The translations under genes were made by a program, and so were the position numbers. From Massalongia carnosa (taxonomy: Eukaryota), in the NCBI GenBank assembly GCA_965645245.1, contig OZ287070.1:2604001-2668000 (forward strand): DNA of 64,000 nt. The letters are read 5' to 3'. The number at the start of each line of letters is the position of its first letter. The stretch's first letter is position 1. Of the stretch, positions 46,501-59,806 are shown piece by piece. The notes under the pieces were generated by a model that made no database searches, had not been told where the DNA came from, and worked only from the letters and a program-made list of their open reading frames with translations.

Positions 46501-49050
46501 TAAGATCAATGATCTCGTGCACCGTGCTCCAAGCAAGATCTTCACTATCGAAGGCATTACCCGTGTATTTAGAGAGAATCTTCAAAAACGCATCTTGGGA
46601 AAGCCAATTAATATCTGGCTTCCAGATAACGCAACTTTAATCATGCGCGGCATGAGGATTCTCACGAGTATCGAGCTTGTGATAACGAAGTCCTGATAAT
46701 TGGAATAATAAGTCGCCAGTCGCTTGGTTATAAACAGATGCATCTGAAACGTAATTCTTGGTTTCTTCTTGACGGCCCAAGCCATTGAATTTTGATTTAG
46801 TAATAGAGATAGCCGTATCAGGTCGCGGGCCTCTTGTAGTGATCACAATCTCATCAATTATAGCTGGAACTAAAACGTCACTAACACCAGCTCTATCCCC
46901 TTTCCAAAGGGATGGAGCGCAAGACTGGAGGCACCCGTCGATACATGCTGGGTGAACTGGGTACGGTGACTGGGGATATGTTGATTCGGGTTCAGTAAGT
47001 GATACAACTGATCGACTATGTCGTTGGCTAGCCACAGACTCAACCTCAAGCTGCTTTTGAAAGATAGGCCCGAAATTGTATCCAGCATCATGCATAGCTT
47101 TATACCATAATGAACCAGGTGTAGAGAATTTGAGAGGTTTCAGAGCATCTTCTGGTGCCACTGTAATGATGTTAGAGTCGGTGCATTTGGACTGTTCAAA
47201 AGCCGAGACACTTACTTAGATTACTATCCTCCTCCATTCGAACAAGACCTCGACTGTGTTCATTCCATACGCCTTCAGTGAAGGAAAGAACATTGTAATC
47301 AAACCATAAATCTTTTGGGCCAGGGTGTGGGGTCAGCGTAAGTATGATATGGTGATCCTTACCCTCCTCCAGCACAAAAGCCTTTAGAAAAGTAAGATCG
47401 CGGAGCTTATAGCAAGGCCGTGTGAGCCCTTTCTTCTCTTCAAGAAGACATAAAGCCTCGTTTCGTTGAGTAATGGCTTCTACTGCCATGGCCATGAATG
47501 CAGCGGCAGGAAACACGATTTCGGGACCCATCTACTGCCATATTAATATTTCTTTTTCGAGGCCGCAAACGAACAAAGACAAACCTTGTGATCCTTGAGC
47601 CAAGGCAAGTCTTCAACACGTAGTGTTTTCCTCCATGAAGGTGAATGCCACGAGGTGCCGAGTACCTTACTCCCTAGTAGGTCATGATGAGGGAAAAGTC
47701 TATTGCGCCAGTCCTTGCTAGCTTCATTCTCATACCAGTACTGAGTTGAATGATTCCAGGTGTAATTTAGGAGATCAATAATGACTTTTGGACAAGCAGC
47801 GTCAGCAAGTGCGCCCTCTAGATTCACTTTTCTTAAGTTGACCGTCCCCCCGGAGATGAAAATTTGACCTGCCATTTTGAAAAGCGAATTGACGGAGTCT
47901 TGGCCTCTGGAAAAGGCCGTTAAATACTGAATCTTGGCAACATTCCCGGACAGTGCTTTCTTGATTTGACCAATGGGACCCGCTAGGGCGCCGCTCGGTC
48001 CGATCTCGATTAGAAACTTTACGCCTTCCCGCCCAGAGACGAGCTTCTAAACGGCATCATCAAAACGAACTGGACAGACCATATTACCTTTCCAATAACT
48101 GGCATCGGCCTGCTGGTTCAGTTCTTCACCAGTGACTGACGAGAACATTTTGAGATGTCCATTTTTGAAAGGATTTGACTCATAGTCCTGCAGAAGCAAC
48201 TCCTCATAATAGTCACCGATTTCAGCCATGAACTTCGAATGGTATGCCAGATTTACTTTCAGCAATCGGATAAGGTGATGATCTTCTACCAGGCTTTTCT
48301 TGACTTGTTCTAGCGCATCAAGGGTCCCCGAAAGCGTAACACTTTGCGGGCTGTTGAAGCAAGCAATTTGAACCATGTCCTCCATACCTTGTAGGTATTT
48401 TGAGACTTCAGCCGAACCAAGACCAACAGCAAGCATTCCCACAGGTCTCTTGTCAGAATTAGGGCAGTACTTGGCAGCTTGGCCTCTGTAAAAGGCAACT
48501 TTGATAGCATCCTCCCGAGACAGATAGCCAGCAGCGCAAGCAGCAGCAATCTCACCGGATGAATGGCCAACAACAGATTGCGGCTTGATATCCCAGTCTT
48601 CAAGGACGGCAAGAATAGCAAGTTGGAGCGCCGTGACTAAGGGTTGGGAGAATTCGGGTTCACGAAGTGTCCCTGGGTTTCGCGGCTCAACAAGCTCATC
48701 TGCAACGATTAGCCGGGACTAAATCAGTGGTTGAAGGGATAACTTACTGTAAAGCGACCATGGTGGTGGATTCGGTGTGCTCTGAAGTACGTCGTCGAGA
48801 TGTTTGAACAGCAGCGTTGCAACGGGAAATGTCTCACAAAGTTCTTTGCCCATCTGTGACCATTGAGCTCCTTGACCAGTGAAGACAAATCCGAGCCTTG
48901 GGGATTCGGTGCTCTTTTTTCCAAAAAAAAAGTCGCTTTCGCTGAAACTCGTGTTCTTGGTTACCACGTATACTCGATTGAAGTGGTGAGTTCTTCTTTC
49001 AGAGAGGGTATATGACAAATCGTTCAGATTAACTTTGACGCTCAGATTTA

Positions 49051-51471
49051 ATCGTCGGCTAGTCTCTCGCTTGCCTCGTGCCGACTCGAGGCGTTCGCCT
49101 CTAGTCGGGGAAAGCAAAGTTCGGCGGAAAGCAAAGTTCATCTTTTCAACTTTTACACGCAAAAAATCAATCAAATAACGATGGGATTTTTTTCTACAAA
49201 GATCAAGCATGAAAAGTGTTATAATAGTAGTTATACTAATAATAACCCAACTGCTCCTGAACATCATCCTCGTCGCTGTCGTCGACATCGTCGCCTACTT
49301 CCTCTTCCATTTCAAAGGCAACGAAGTCTTTTTGTTGACGAATAGAATCACCTTCACCTATAAATCGTAGATTTTGATCACCTACAGTATCCATGATAAA
49401 GGTAGTCTCTGTCTCTCCCTCTTCATCATTGAATATATGAGTATCTTTTACTCCTTTCTTCGTCTTTTTTTTGGTCTCTTCCGTCTGCCAAGTAATGTCG
49501 CTCGCCTTTCAAATGGCCTCAGGATCATCAATTGGAGTCAACATTTCATCGGGATATGCTAACTCCCTGTTTTGTGAGGTCTTTAATATGTTTTATTCTG
49601 ATCTTTTCATTCTTTCGAGCGATAACACCTTCCGCGTGTACACTATCTCTTTTCATTCGCCATATTCTCATGAAGTTGTTGTGCTCTCGTTTCTTTTCTA
49701 TCTGCTCATCTTTTTGCTGTCTTTCAACAATTGCTCGTTGCGCATCCTCCTTCGTGAGTCCTAATCCTCCGTCTGTCGAGTAATTAGGTCTTAATCACTT
49801 GCGAGAAGTTGCTCTCTGTAGTAATTCATTGCTTCTTCGCTCATGATGAAGTGACAGTTCGAATTTCGTAAGCGTCGATTTGGCAACAACTTCCTTCGTA
49901 TTACTCACGAATTCCTCTAACTCCTGTTCCCGGACTGGATCACTCCATTGTGTATTATCGCGAATTTTGGGTAGCCATTCAAGTAATCCTCTTTCAACAT
50001 CATCAAACGTTTTAGGTTGAACTCGTGGCAATGTTGGGAGAGATAATGTTGGAAAAGAAGAAGAATTATTCTCACTTTGTGAAGGTACAAACTTCTTTAG
50101 CTGTTCAGTGCATTTCTTCTCATTATTTGGCCACATTCCAGATTTTTCAAAGGCAGATTGAATACTCCGTAGTGGATTTCTTGAATGTGTTATCTCGTAT
50201 TTTGGTGAGATCTTGACAAAATCGAGTTATTGTATACTCTACATTGAACTCCGCAATCGCATCTTGAATGGCCACATCATGCCAATGTTTATAAGGTTGA
50301 AACACTCCTACATCAAGCGGTTGCATACAATGCGTCAAGTGTGGTATCAAAGGATAAGGACGTATCCGGTTTTCATTGGCAAGCCTGATGAATTCAGGAG
50401 TAACATGACTACCGTGATTATCCATGAGCATTAACTTCCAATCACTCTCAGGTCCTGCATCAGAATTCTCAATGTAATGTTGCAGATATGCAATCGCTAT
50501 TTTATCCGATGTGAATCCATTTTCTGACGAAACAATTCGAGTTCCTTTAGGCATTTCGTCTGCAAACCAATTGCTCATCATATCATGACCTTGTATGACA
50601 AGTAAAGGAGGTGGCGGATAATCACCGGCGGCGTTTATGTTCTCGAAAATGGTGATAGATTTTCTATTCTCAGGACTAATAGAATAATACTCCTTTACAT
50701 CTGTTGGAACCAAAATTTCAAGTCCCTTCATGCAGCAAACTCGAAAACCAGCCTCATCAAGATTGATGATATTTCGTTTATTCTTGATATTCAGCTCTCG
50801 AAGAACCACCCGATAATCAGCGAACCATGCTTTAACGTCCTTCACTTGTCCCGCCGTATAGCGAACGACTGGTAGCGGTTTAGTCTTAATCTTATGTAAA
50901 TGGTTGGATTTCCACCATGTTCTAAACCATCGCTTAGTAGGACCTTTATAATCAGCATTCTGACTTCGCTTCAGACTCTTGATCGCGTTGAATATCAGTT
51001 CATGCGTCGGTTGAACACCATATGTAAGTAACGAGCGAATGAACTCATATATTGCTTTGATCTGATGCTTCTCCAATATCTTATTGTGTCCTCCTCTCTT
51101 CTCGACTTCATTCGACGCGCTGTTTTGAGCAAGTGAACTTTGTAAAGTGGTACGAGGAATGTCAAATATGCGAGCAGCGCATATCTTGCTTTCAAGTGGA
51201 TTTTCTATTAGAAACTGCTTAGCATCATTCAGACGCGTGACAGTATCATTACAATTCATGATGATGATGATGATGATGATGATGATAATAATGATAATGA
51301 TGATGATGATGATCAATAATGAAATAGTTGATGTAGTCAAAGGCGTCGTGTTGATGAAATGGAAATAAAATTGCGAAAAGACGAACTTTGCTTTCCGCCG
51401 AACTTTGCTTTCCCCCACTAGAGGCGAACGCCTCGAGTCGGCACGAGGTAAGCGAGAGACTAGCCGACAAT
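49051..51471 (-). mobile_element. Tc1-mariner/pogo-type element (2421 bp) inserted in the PKS KS-AT linker
   Basis: About 90-bp TIRs (ATCGTCGGCTAGTCTCTCGCTT..), TA TSD; removing it restores ..KHLLNLSVKV.. Transposase from ATG 51259 (NLDEAGF, MDNHGSH, MQPLDVG) with a frameshift near 50170. Confidence 0.95.
51257..51313. repeat. (ATG/CAT)n microsatellite just upstream of the transposase start
   Basis: Imperfect trinucleotide run visible in the sequence. Confidence 0.9.
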
Positions 51472-54107
51472 TAGTAGATGTTTCCGGATGGCTTTGCAAT
51501 GCGCTTGCAACGAGGTATCATCATTTGAAGAGAACACAAGAGTGTACGGTCTCGTAGCATCAGATTCGTCATCTGAGAAGAAATCGCTGCTATCCTTCAT
51601 ATATGACGAAACATGGGTCACAGGTGCTCCATGGGTTAACAACTTTGGCTCCTCTAGGATAACATGGGCGTTTGATCCTCCATATCCAAAGGAGTTAACG
51701 CTAGCTCGCCGAAACGGGACCTTTGGCCATGGAATTGCAGTCCTAGTTGCGAGAATCCTTAGGGTATGGAAATCAACTAGAACAATCAGGACCTTGACGG
51801 TTGAATGCACAATATGTAAGATAGAAACATTTTACTTACTCTTGGGATTTGGCGTTACGAAAGTGGGATTGCCGGGGATGATGCCATTCTCAATTGCAAG
51901 AATAGTTTTTAATAGCCAGAAATACCCGCAGCAGGCTCTGAATGACCTATGTTGCTCTTGATCTGTGGTGTACTCCTGTATCAGTATTGGGGGCTACTAT
52001 TCAATCCGGAAGACTGTACATACTGATCCAATGATGAACGGGGAATCCAGATGGCGAGAGTCAGCAAACACTGAGGCTGCACCACTCACTTCTATAGGGT
52101 CTCCAGCCTTTATTCTCATGTCTCAGCATACAAAGAAAAAGAGGCTAGGCAATGATCATGAACCAACCTGAGTCCCAGTGCCAGGGCATTCTAGGTATGT
52201 AGTATCATTGAAAGCAGATATGCCTGCATGAGCATATGCCGCACGTATGGCCGTTGCTTGTGCCTCTGCGCTCGGACTGGCGATGTCAGGAGTTCTGCCA
52301 TCGCTATTGGTTGCCGAACTACGAATAACTGCTCTAATAGGGTCTCCATCTCGAATGGCATCGTCCAGACGCTTTATAATAACAGCATTGACGCCTTCGG
52401 CCTTGACGTCAAAGGTGTGGCACTTTCCTGAAAGCGAAGAAGCTCCCTTCATGGCACCTCCTAGTTATACCACTGTTAGCGCGACACCTTAACGGCTTGC
52501 CCTAATGGGCTTAGCACGAGTGGTACGATTACGAACCGTCCATGTTGTGTTCTGGACTGTAAGGTGAAGTATATATCAGCCATAAAGGAAGCTGGCCTGC
52601 AGAGAAGAAGGCTCACTTCAGGTATAAATTAGCTGCAGCGACGATAGCTCCATTGATCTCCCTAGTTTGTAAATATCGACAGGCGACATCCATTGACACC
52701 AAGCTGCCAGAGCAGGCGGTATCTATCGTTATACTTTGTGATATCAGCCTCAATGCTAACTGACTTCCTGCCAGTTGCATCTTACCTTGGTCCCTTGATG
52801 TTGAGGAAATGACTAATGAGGTTGCTCAGAATCGCTCGACCTACACCAACCGTGATTGACGGGGCTCTATCTTCAGGTCACGTGCTTGCATGTCGGCGTA
52901 ATCTGCGGTACATCAAGGTCAGAAGGAAGTCTCAGTCCGGTTTTGCAGTGGACCAGTCATACCAACGGCATATGAGCCCACAAAGCAGCCAACTGAAGAT
53001 CTGTCTAAGTCGTCCATCCTGAGACCGGCATTCTCGAGGCACTCGTAAACCACTTCAAGCAGTTGGCGTTGCTGGGGGTCCATGGCAATAGCGTCGGTAC
53101 GCGAGATTCCGAAAAATGGAGCATCGAAGTCCTGAGGATCGACATTTTCCAGAAACATACCGCCAGGGGACCTCATGGTCTTTGGCTTCTTCGATCCATC
53201 GTGGTGGGCTTTTAGGTTGAATCGTGACGCAGGAGCGTCATTTTGTGCAACGCCTCCTTTTTCAAGGAATTCCCAAAGCTTATGAGGGGAGTTGCTGTCG
53301 CCAGGCAAGCGACATGCCATGCCGATGATGGCGATGGGATCTTGAGCATACTTGGTAATGGTGGAAGGAGTAGATACAATATAGTTTGGACCATGTCCGC
53401 TCAAGACTGAACCGTTGGTAGTCATTGTGGAGACCTGTGAAGACTTCTGAAGATTTTCAGGTGTCCAAAGCAAGACTCTTATATTGCCAGTAAATTCTCT
53501 CAATGAACCATAGCGGATGAATTGCCAACCAATCCCCTCTGGGAGCTCTATGACCCACCAACTCTGTATCTTGGACCTTGTCAAGGGCTGTGCCTTCTAA
53601 TGCTGACCTCTGTTACAATGTTAATGCACAGATCGCTGAGCTACAGACCACAGATGTTATGGTGCCCTGCGGTCCGCGGAAGATCCCGTCTTGAACAATG
53701 TGAAGGCCATCAACCTTGGAAATGCTGCTGCACTCACCGCTTTGATGCACGGTGAAAGCCCAAATATGTCAACCAACGCAGATATATATGGAGGTGATCT
53801 AGCCGCCCCGCCACAATAGAACCTGCTTATGGCGGCACCACGTCAGCTCGTAAGCAGCCAGAATTTAAGCGAGAATGACAAAGAGAAAAAATATCAGAGT
53901 AGAAAGTTAAACTCGCATCTTGCTTGAGGCCAGCATTGGATTATGGATGACTAGGGCTCTTTGTCAAGTCTCAATCCATTCCGTTCTATTTACACTCCAC
54001 CCAGTTTATAAGCCTCAGTTTCGAGACAATCGAAAGCCACTGGATATATAGACCGATTTTAGGACCTCACCCCTAGACCGCGGACCGGAGTCTTAAACAC
54101 AGCAAAT

Positions 54108-55070
54108 ATGTCAACCCACCATGAAGACGTCGAATTCAAACTCTTGACGGCCTTACGATTCGAGGATGGCTGTATCCCGCGGCTTCACGCGGTCCCGCCA
54201 TTATCATTACACCTGGTGTAAGTTCGCTCCCGAATCTGGTTGAAAGAACCGCAGAAGCTGCCTCTCGATTTTTCAAAGGGCTCTGCTAATGTGGCTTTGC
54301 AGTTCAACTGTGTCAAAGAGATGTTCGTTCCTGAAGTAGCCGAGCAGTTCCAGCTCGCTAATATCACAGCGCTCATCTACGACCCCCGCTCCCTCGGCCT
54401 TTCTGACGGTGAACCTCGAGGAGGAAAGTGAGGGCGTCCGAATAGTCTCACCCATCCCCTCGTCAATCCGGATGAGATCTGCATCTGGGGAATGTCTTTT
54501 GCCGGTACCGTCGCCCTCTGCGCGGCCTCTCTCGACAAACGTGCCAAGCTCTGCATTGCCATCTGCCCCCTCCTCGATTTCGAACTCACCATGGAAAAAT
54601 TCCCCAAGGTTCTCCTGAAATCGATGCGCGACCGCGAGTCCCAGCGCGCGGGCAACCCTCCGGTCTATCTCCCCGTTCTCACCGAGAAGGGAGAGAACCC
54701 AGCGGGCATGGGCATTGGCGCCGACAAGGAGGAGTTCGACTACATGGTCAACGCCAAATCGCGGGGTGCGCCACGACACGAGAACCGGACGACGCTATAA
54801 ACGTACTACAAGATCATCATGTGGCAACCGCACGGGATCATGAAGTACATGAACCCGACGCCGGTGCTGATGGTGGTGCCGGAGCTAGATATGATTTCCA
54901 CGCCCGAGGGCCAATTGGAGCTGTTCGGCACCTTCCCAGAACCCAAGAAGGTGCATATCGCGCCAGGCAAGGGTCACCTGAACGTGTTGAGCGGAGATGA
55001 TTTCCCCGCGCTGTCCAAGATGCAAGCCGATTTTGTCTTTGAGAATTTGGGACGCAGACACCGTAACTAG
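54108..55070 (+). pseudogene. Alpha/beta-hydrolase (polyketide transferase/thiohydrolase-like), divergent from the PKS
   Basis: [17 protein letters not shown] / FNCVKEM..YDPRSLGLSDGEPR, nucleophile WGMSFAG, ELDMIS, GKGHL. Frameshift near 54141, intron about 54218-54302, disrupted segment near 54420-54450, TAA at 54798. Confidence 0.85.
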
Positions 55071-55696
55071 ATAGCTAGGTGGCTCGATTCCTTTGAGGAA
55101 AAACACAATCCAAGTCAGAAATCAAACATAAAATGCCACCCGGCAGCGTTTAATCATTGGCCTTATCCCATTGACGCATGATTTCTATTCTTTTCTCCCT
55201 CCTCCTTTCTTCTTTCTTCTATTCGGATTAAGAACGTGGGGGAGGGGAATCCAAAATCCTCAAGTTCAAAAATAAAGGTAAAAAAAGGAACTTGAATCGT
55301 AACTCGGTCGAAATTCTTTTTCCCCATATTGATTTCAACTGAAAAGAAGCATGAGGTCGAATTTAAAGTGATGTTACATGGCTAGAACTAAATTTGGTTA
55401 GTCGTGCGGGAGGATGGACACAGGAGATAAAGTGATCAACAATGTTTAATGGAACATTTGCTCTTGTTCACAAGTTGATTCAACTGCCGTTGCTCCAAGT
55501 TTCCAGTTTGTGCGTACCGATATCTGTAAAGGCCGGAAGGAAAAAGTAGCTGTATTAACAGGCTAAACAAATTGTTTCTACCCCCCCAAACAGGCTAAGC
55601 TTCAACTGCCGTCAAATCTTGATTTCCGCCCTTACCCTTCCCCCCCCCTCCCCCCATTGCCCTACCCTGACCTGCCCTGACCTTTCCTTCCTCTTT

Positions 55697-56330
55697 TCAA
55701 TTTGGATTTTTCACTTGATTTGTGCACGGTTTTTCCTTTACCAACACTCGGACGTCTAACGTGCCGGGCTTCGGGTGCGGGACGAACATATCCCGATAAC
55801 AGTCTACCGCGTTCCTCGTCGTCTGGAACAGCTCGAAGTCGCATCGGCGGAACACGGTCGCCAGGGCGATGTACATCTCCGCATACGCGAGTGTCATGCC
55901 GAGGCAGGTCCGCGTGCCTTTTCCGAAACTGACCATGTAGCGAGACAAGTACTTGCCGTCAGGCGCTTTGGGTGTGTCGAGCCATCGCTCCGGTCGGAAG
56001 GTGAAGCTGTCCGGGAGGAGATTTTGGTCGTGCGAGACGGAGAAGTTGGACATGGAGACGACGGTGCCAGGAGGGAGCGCGTATGATTTATACATGATGG
56101 TTTGCGTCTCGGAGGTGCGAGGGGTGCGTTGGGCGGTACCGTAGGACAAGCGGAGGGCTGGAGGAAGGGGAAAGTGGTTAGTGGCTGGATCTCGTGGAGA
56201 TCAGGAGTGAGAAAGCGAGAACGCACCTTCTTCGATGCAGGCGCTCAGTTAAGGCAGGTATTCCTTTTGCAGACGATCACAGAGCCTATTCATGCGGTTC
56301 TGAATGACGGGCGATGCAGGGCAATCTAGG
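55697..56330 (-). pseudogene. Cytochrome P450, 3' fragment
   Basis: ExxR across an intron (CIEE/ALRLSYG), FRPERW, heme motif FGKGTRTCLG. The 5' part is replaced by LINE sequence. Confidence 0.9.
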
Positions 56331-56349
56331 TCTTGAGTAACCGATACGA

Positions 56350-59300
56350 TTAGACTGAATCTGATCTAATCTAATCTGTTGTGCTGATAGAAGTTGAACA
56401 TTCAACATTCTTCCTCAAGTTCTATCAGTACTTGTCCGTTAAATGAGGTCTGTAGAAGGTCGAATCTGTTGCGTGACGACTATCGAGCTCAATAGTCGAG
56501 TTCATATGATGATAAATTCTTACACCGATATGTCACCGGCCGAAGGCCGGCCCATGCGGGCGTGGTTCTATATGACTATTGTACATAGGAAAACCTTTTA
56601 AGGAATACAAACCTAGTAACCAGTATTATCGCCTGCGGGATCCCCATGACCCCTTAATGTACCTAATAACGTGTATCTGTGAGGTCCTTGAAAGAAAAAG
56701 GAAAAGAACGAAAGAAAAGGGGAAGAAGTCAAACATTTCTAATGCTGTGTCGACGGGAGTTATCCGTACAGCATGATCGCTGCAAATGAAAGCTGTTTTA
56801 GTATATCTGCCCGCATTAGCCATGCTGTCAGCTTTTTCAATTTTGCGGAATTTTCAATTATCGTGCGAAATTTTTTAGTTTCCACTTGATTAAATAATTC
56901 ATTTCTTCCGTCTATCAGCTGACAGTGCATGATGACGTGTTTGGCCGTCTGCCTTGGCCATCCACATATGCACGCCGGTGAGTTTACATTGGGTACCCTT
57001 CGGTTGGAAAGAAAGTTGGCTAGCCCGATTTTCTCCGTGCGAATTTGCGTTGCTAGTGAACTCTCCGTTTTTGCCAAATTGCTGTGAATTTTTAATCTCT
57101 TTTTGTCAAGCGAAGCTTGTTGAGCCTCGGTGGGGAGTGGAATGCGATTTTGATAAGTCGCCCATGTTGACTTCCATATTTTCATATGATGCTCCATGAG
57201 CCGCGTATGATGTGCCCGTTGGGCCGTTCGCGCTTCACTCAGCTCCTTGAGATATTCTGGACTGGCCTCGTACCACGGGGGCGCGGAAGGCGGTAATCTG
57301 ACGGCGGCCTCTCCATTTAACATTGCCTTGGCCCATGTGTGTTTCAGTTCTCCGGGTGTTGGCGGCGGAGTTCTTCTTCGACCCGCTCTTTCCCGTAGCT
57401 TATTAGCTATTATCTTGCATGCGGAGTTAGTGAGTGCTTTTTGCCCCGTGATTCATAGTCGATATCTGGCTTTAGCCTGCAGTTGATCCAGATATACATC
57501 TAATGGGGCTATGTGTGTTTCTGCCTCCAGCACCGGTATCGGGGTAGGCTTGAACGCTCCGGCGACTGTGCATAGGCATCTGTTCTGAATGACCGCCAAT
57601 TTGGACGTTATGGATTTATTTCTATTTACGTCTTTCGGGGTGTGCCAGACGATTGAACCATATGTCATGGCCGGCCGCACCACCGCCGTGTATACTTGCC
57701 TGGCCCTAGCGAACGAAGCTCCCCAGGTAGACGTGGAAATTTTTGTTAAGGCCATGCTCTGCTTGACCATCTTCTCCTGCGTTTTCCGTATGTGAGCACC
57801 CCACTTAAGTTTGGTATCTATTTGAAGACCGAGTATTCTTATATCCGCTTTTTGTTTGATTAGGCTGTTTTCTATATTAATAGTAGCCGTCATATCAAAT
57901 TTCTTTGGATTTCTAGATAAATGAATAAGCTCGTACTTAGTCGGAGCAAATAAGGATCCGTGCCGTAGAGCCCATCTTTCACATTCTCTGTGAATTCTTT
58001 CTAGCGTTCTGCAATTTTCTTGCGTGCTTTTCCCATATGCTAGTACATTGATGTCATCGACGAATCCGAGTCCGCTCGTTTTCGTGCCGGGCCTGTTACA
58101 TATGTCTAGTAAATCCGCATTGTGGAAAAAATACGGAATGGGAGAGATGGGTGAACCTTGCGGAATTCCGGTTCTCGCATCAAACTCGTCGGTGGTTCGT
58201 CGGTTGATCGTAAGAGTGGTCCTTCTGTTTTTCAAAAAGCATTCTATCCAGTTGGTGACCCACTGTGGAATTTTTCTTCTTCGAAGATTGTGGATCAGTC
58301 TTTGATGCGAAACCGTGTCGTACGCGCCGGCCACGTCCATGCTGAGCAGCGTGGCAACTTTATCATTACCTTGACCCCACACTGTGTGAATCTGTTCGGT
58401 TAACAGCTCCAGTGTTGACTCGGTGGACCTTTCCCGTCTGGCTCCCATCTGGGTACCTGGTAGTAACTCGTGCTTTTCGGCCATGTGAGTGATCTTGCTT
58501 GCCATGATGGCTTCCATCACCTTGCCTAGCGTATTCAGCAGGGCTATCGGGCGATAGGCCTTCGGCGTTTCGTAATTGTCTTTGCCCGCCTTTTTCAGCG
58601 TTATCGTGTGCGCTTTTCTGAATGCTCGCGGGTGATATCCCAGATTTACGCACGCCTGAAATAGAGGAGTTAACAACTCGGTCAGCGTCTCAGAGCACGC
58701 TTTGAGAACTCTGTTGGGTATACCATCCGGTCCAGGAGCCGTGTCAGGTTTGAGGCGTAGAATGTTCGTGAGCACCTCTTTCTTCGTTATGACTGTTGGG
58801 CACTCCGAGGCTGCCGGATAGACCGACCCGGGTATGTCCTGTAGATCCGCCGGAGGCGGAGCAGGAAAGAAGATGCCTTTCAGCATTTCAGCCTTCTCTT
58901 CGAAGGTGTTCGCACTGTGATTGTTGAAAGTCAGTGTTGGCATTTTTGGTGTTTCGCGCGCCTTGTGACTCTTGTCCTTTGCCCATTTCGCCAGCCGCCA
59001 TATGCCCTGAGATGATTCAGACGCTTTACTGATCTCGTTTCGGAATGGCAATGTTTTGGCTTTCTTGATTATCTTTTGCTTTTTGTCATTCGATTTCATG
59101 TACGGTTTCCAGTCATTGAGATTTCGAGAGGCTGTCCAAAGTTTTGAATTCAGCGTGTTTCTCCCATGGCGTTGTTGCAGTCCTCGTTCCAGAATGGTTT
59201 TGCATAAGCACTAGGCCTTGCCCATGGAACGGCCGCAGATATTATTTCATGTAAGAACTTTTGTATTTTATCCGTCTGTCGATCAATCTCCTCCACTGTG

Positions 59301-59806
59301 CGAGGAAGTGTTATCGGGGAGCGTTGCATTCTGCTGTTCTCAACTTTTCCATGTTAGCAGCTTCCAGGCTCTGCGTTTTGTCTGTGTTAGCGTCTCACTT
59401 TCCAAAGAGATGCGGGAGGATATCGGAATGTGATCGGATGACTGATTGAGTTCTGGTCTTGACATGCAGTGAATTAGCCTCTCTGTTAGGAATTCTGACA
59501 TGAAAACCAAATCGATGGTGCTGCATGAGTTCTGGGCTTCCCATGTGACGGTTCCATTGGGCAGGGTTAGCGACAGATTGGCTTCATCGACTATATCTAG
59601 CAGCTGATCCGCGGCTGCGTGTTGCGTGGGTCTGGTGGCTCCATTCCAGAAAGGATGGTGTAGATTGAAATCCCCGAGTAAGATGTGATGAGCATCGGCC
59701 GAGAGCTGGCATTGAGCATCTGGGAGGGTGGAGGGGCTGTCTCTTGAAGAATATGAGGTGGGTGATGGATTATAGACGTTGTGAATGTGTATTTCCTTGT
59801 GGCTTC
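56350..59806 (-). mobile_element. Tad1-like LINE, 5'-truncated and degenerate
   Basis: AP endonuclease remnants (NVYNP, GDFNLHHP, TIDLVF, SDHIP), RT 59099-57453 (APGPDG, YRPIALL, GIPQGSP, FVDD), stop at 57453, C-terminal CICG..HVIMHC, (ATTAG)n-like tail near 56372-56387. The 3' limit is approximate. Confidence 0.9.

Larger units (their letters stand above)
43597..53425 (-). pseudogene. Highly reducing polyketide synthase (KS-AT-DH-ER-KR), decayed; ACP end missing
   Basis: [109 protein letters not shown]. Many frameshifts and stops, a Tc1/pogo insertion, and truncation at the MULE TIR. Confidence 0.93.

Noticed and set aside
51260..51499. Poly-Ile / poly-His / poly-Met N-terminal extensions
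   Set aside because: Translations of the (ATG)n microsatellite and TIR; the transposase most likely starts at 51259.
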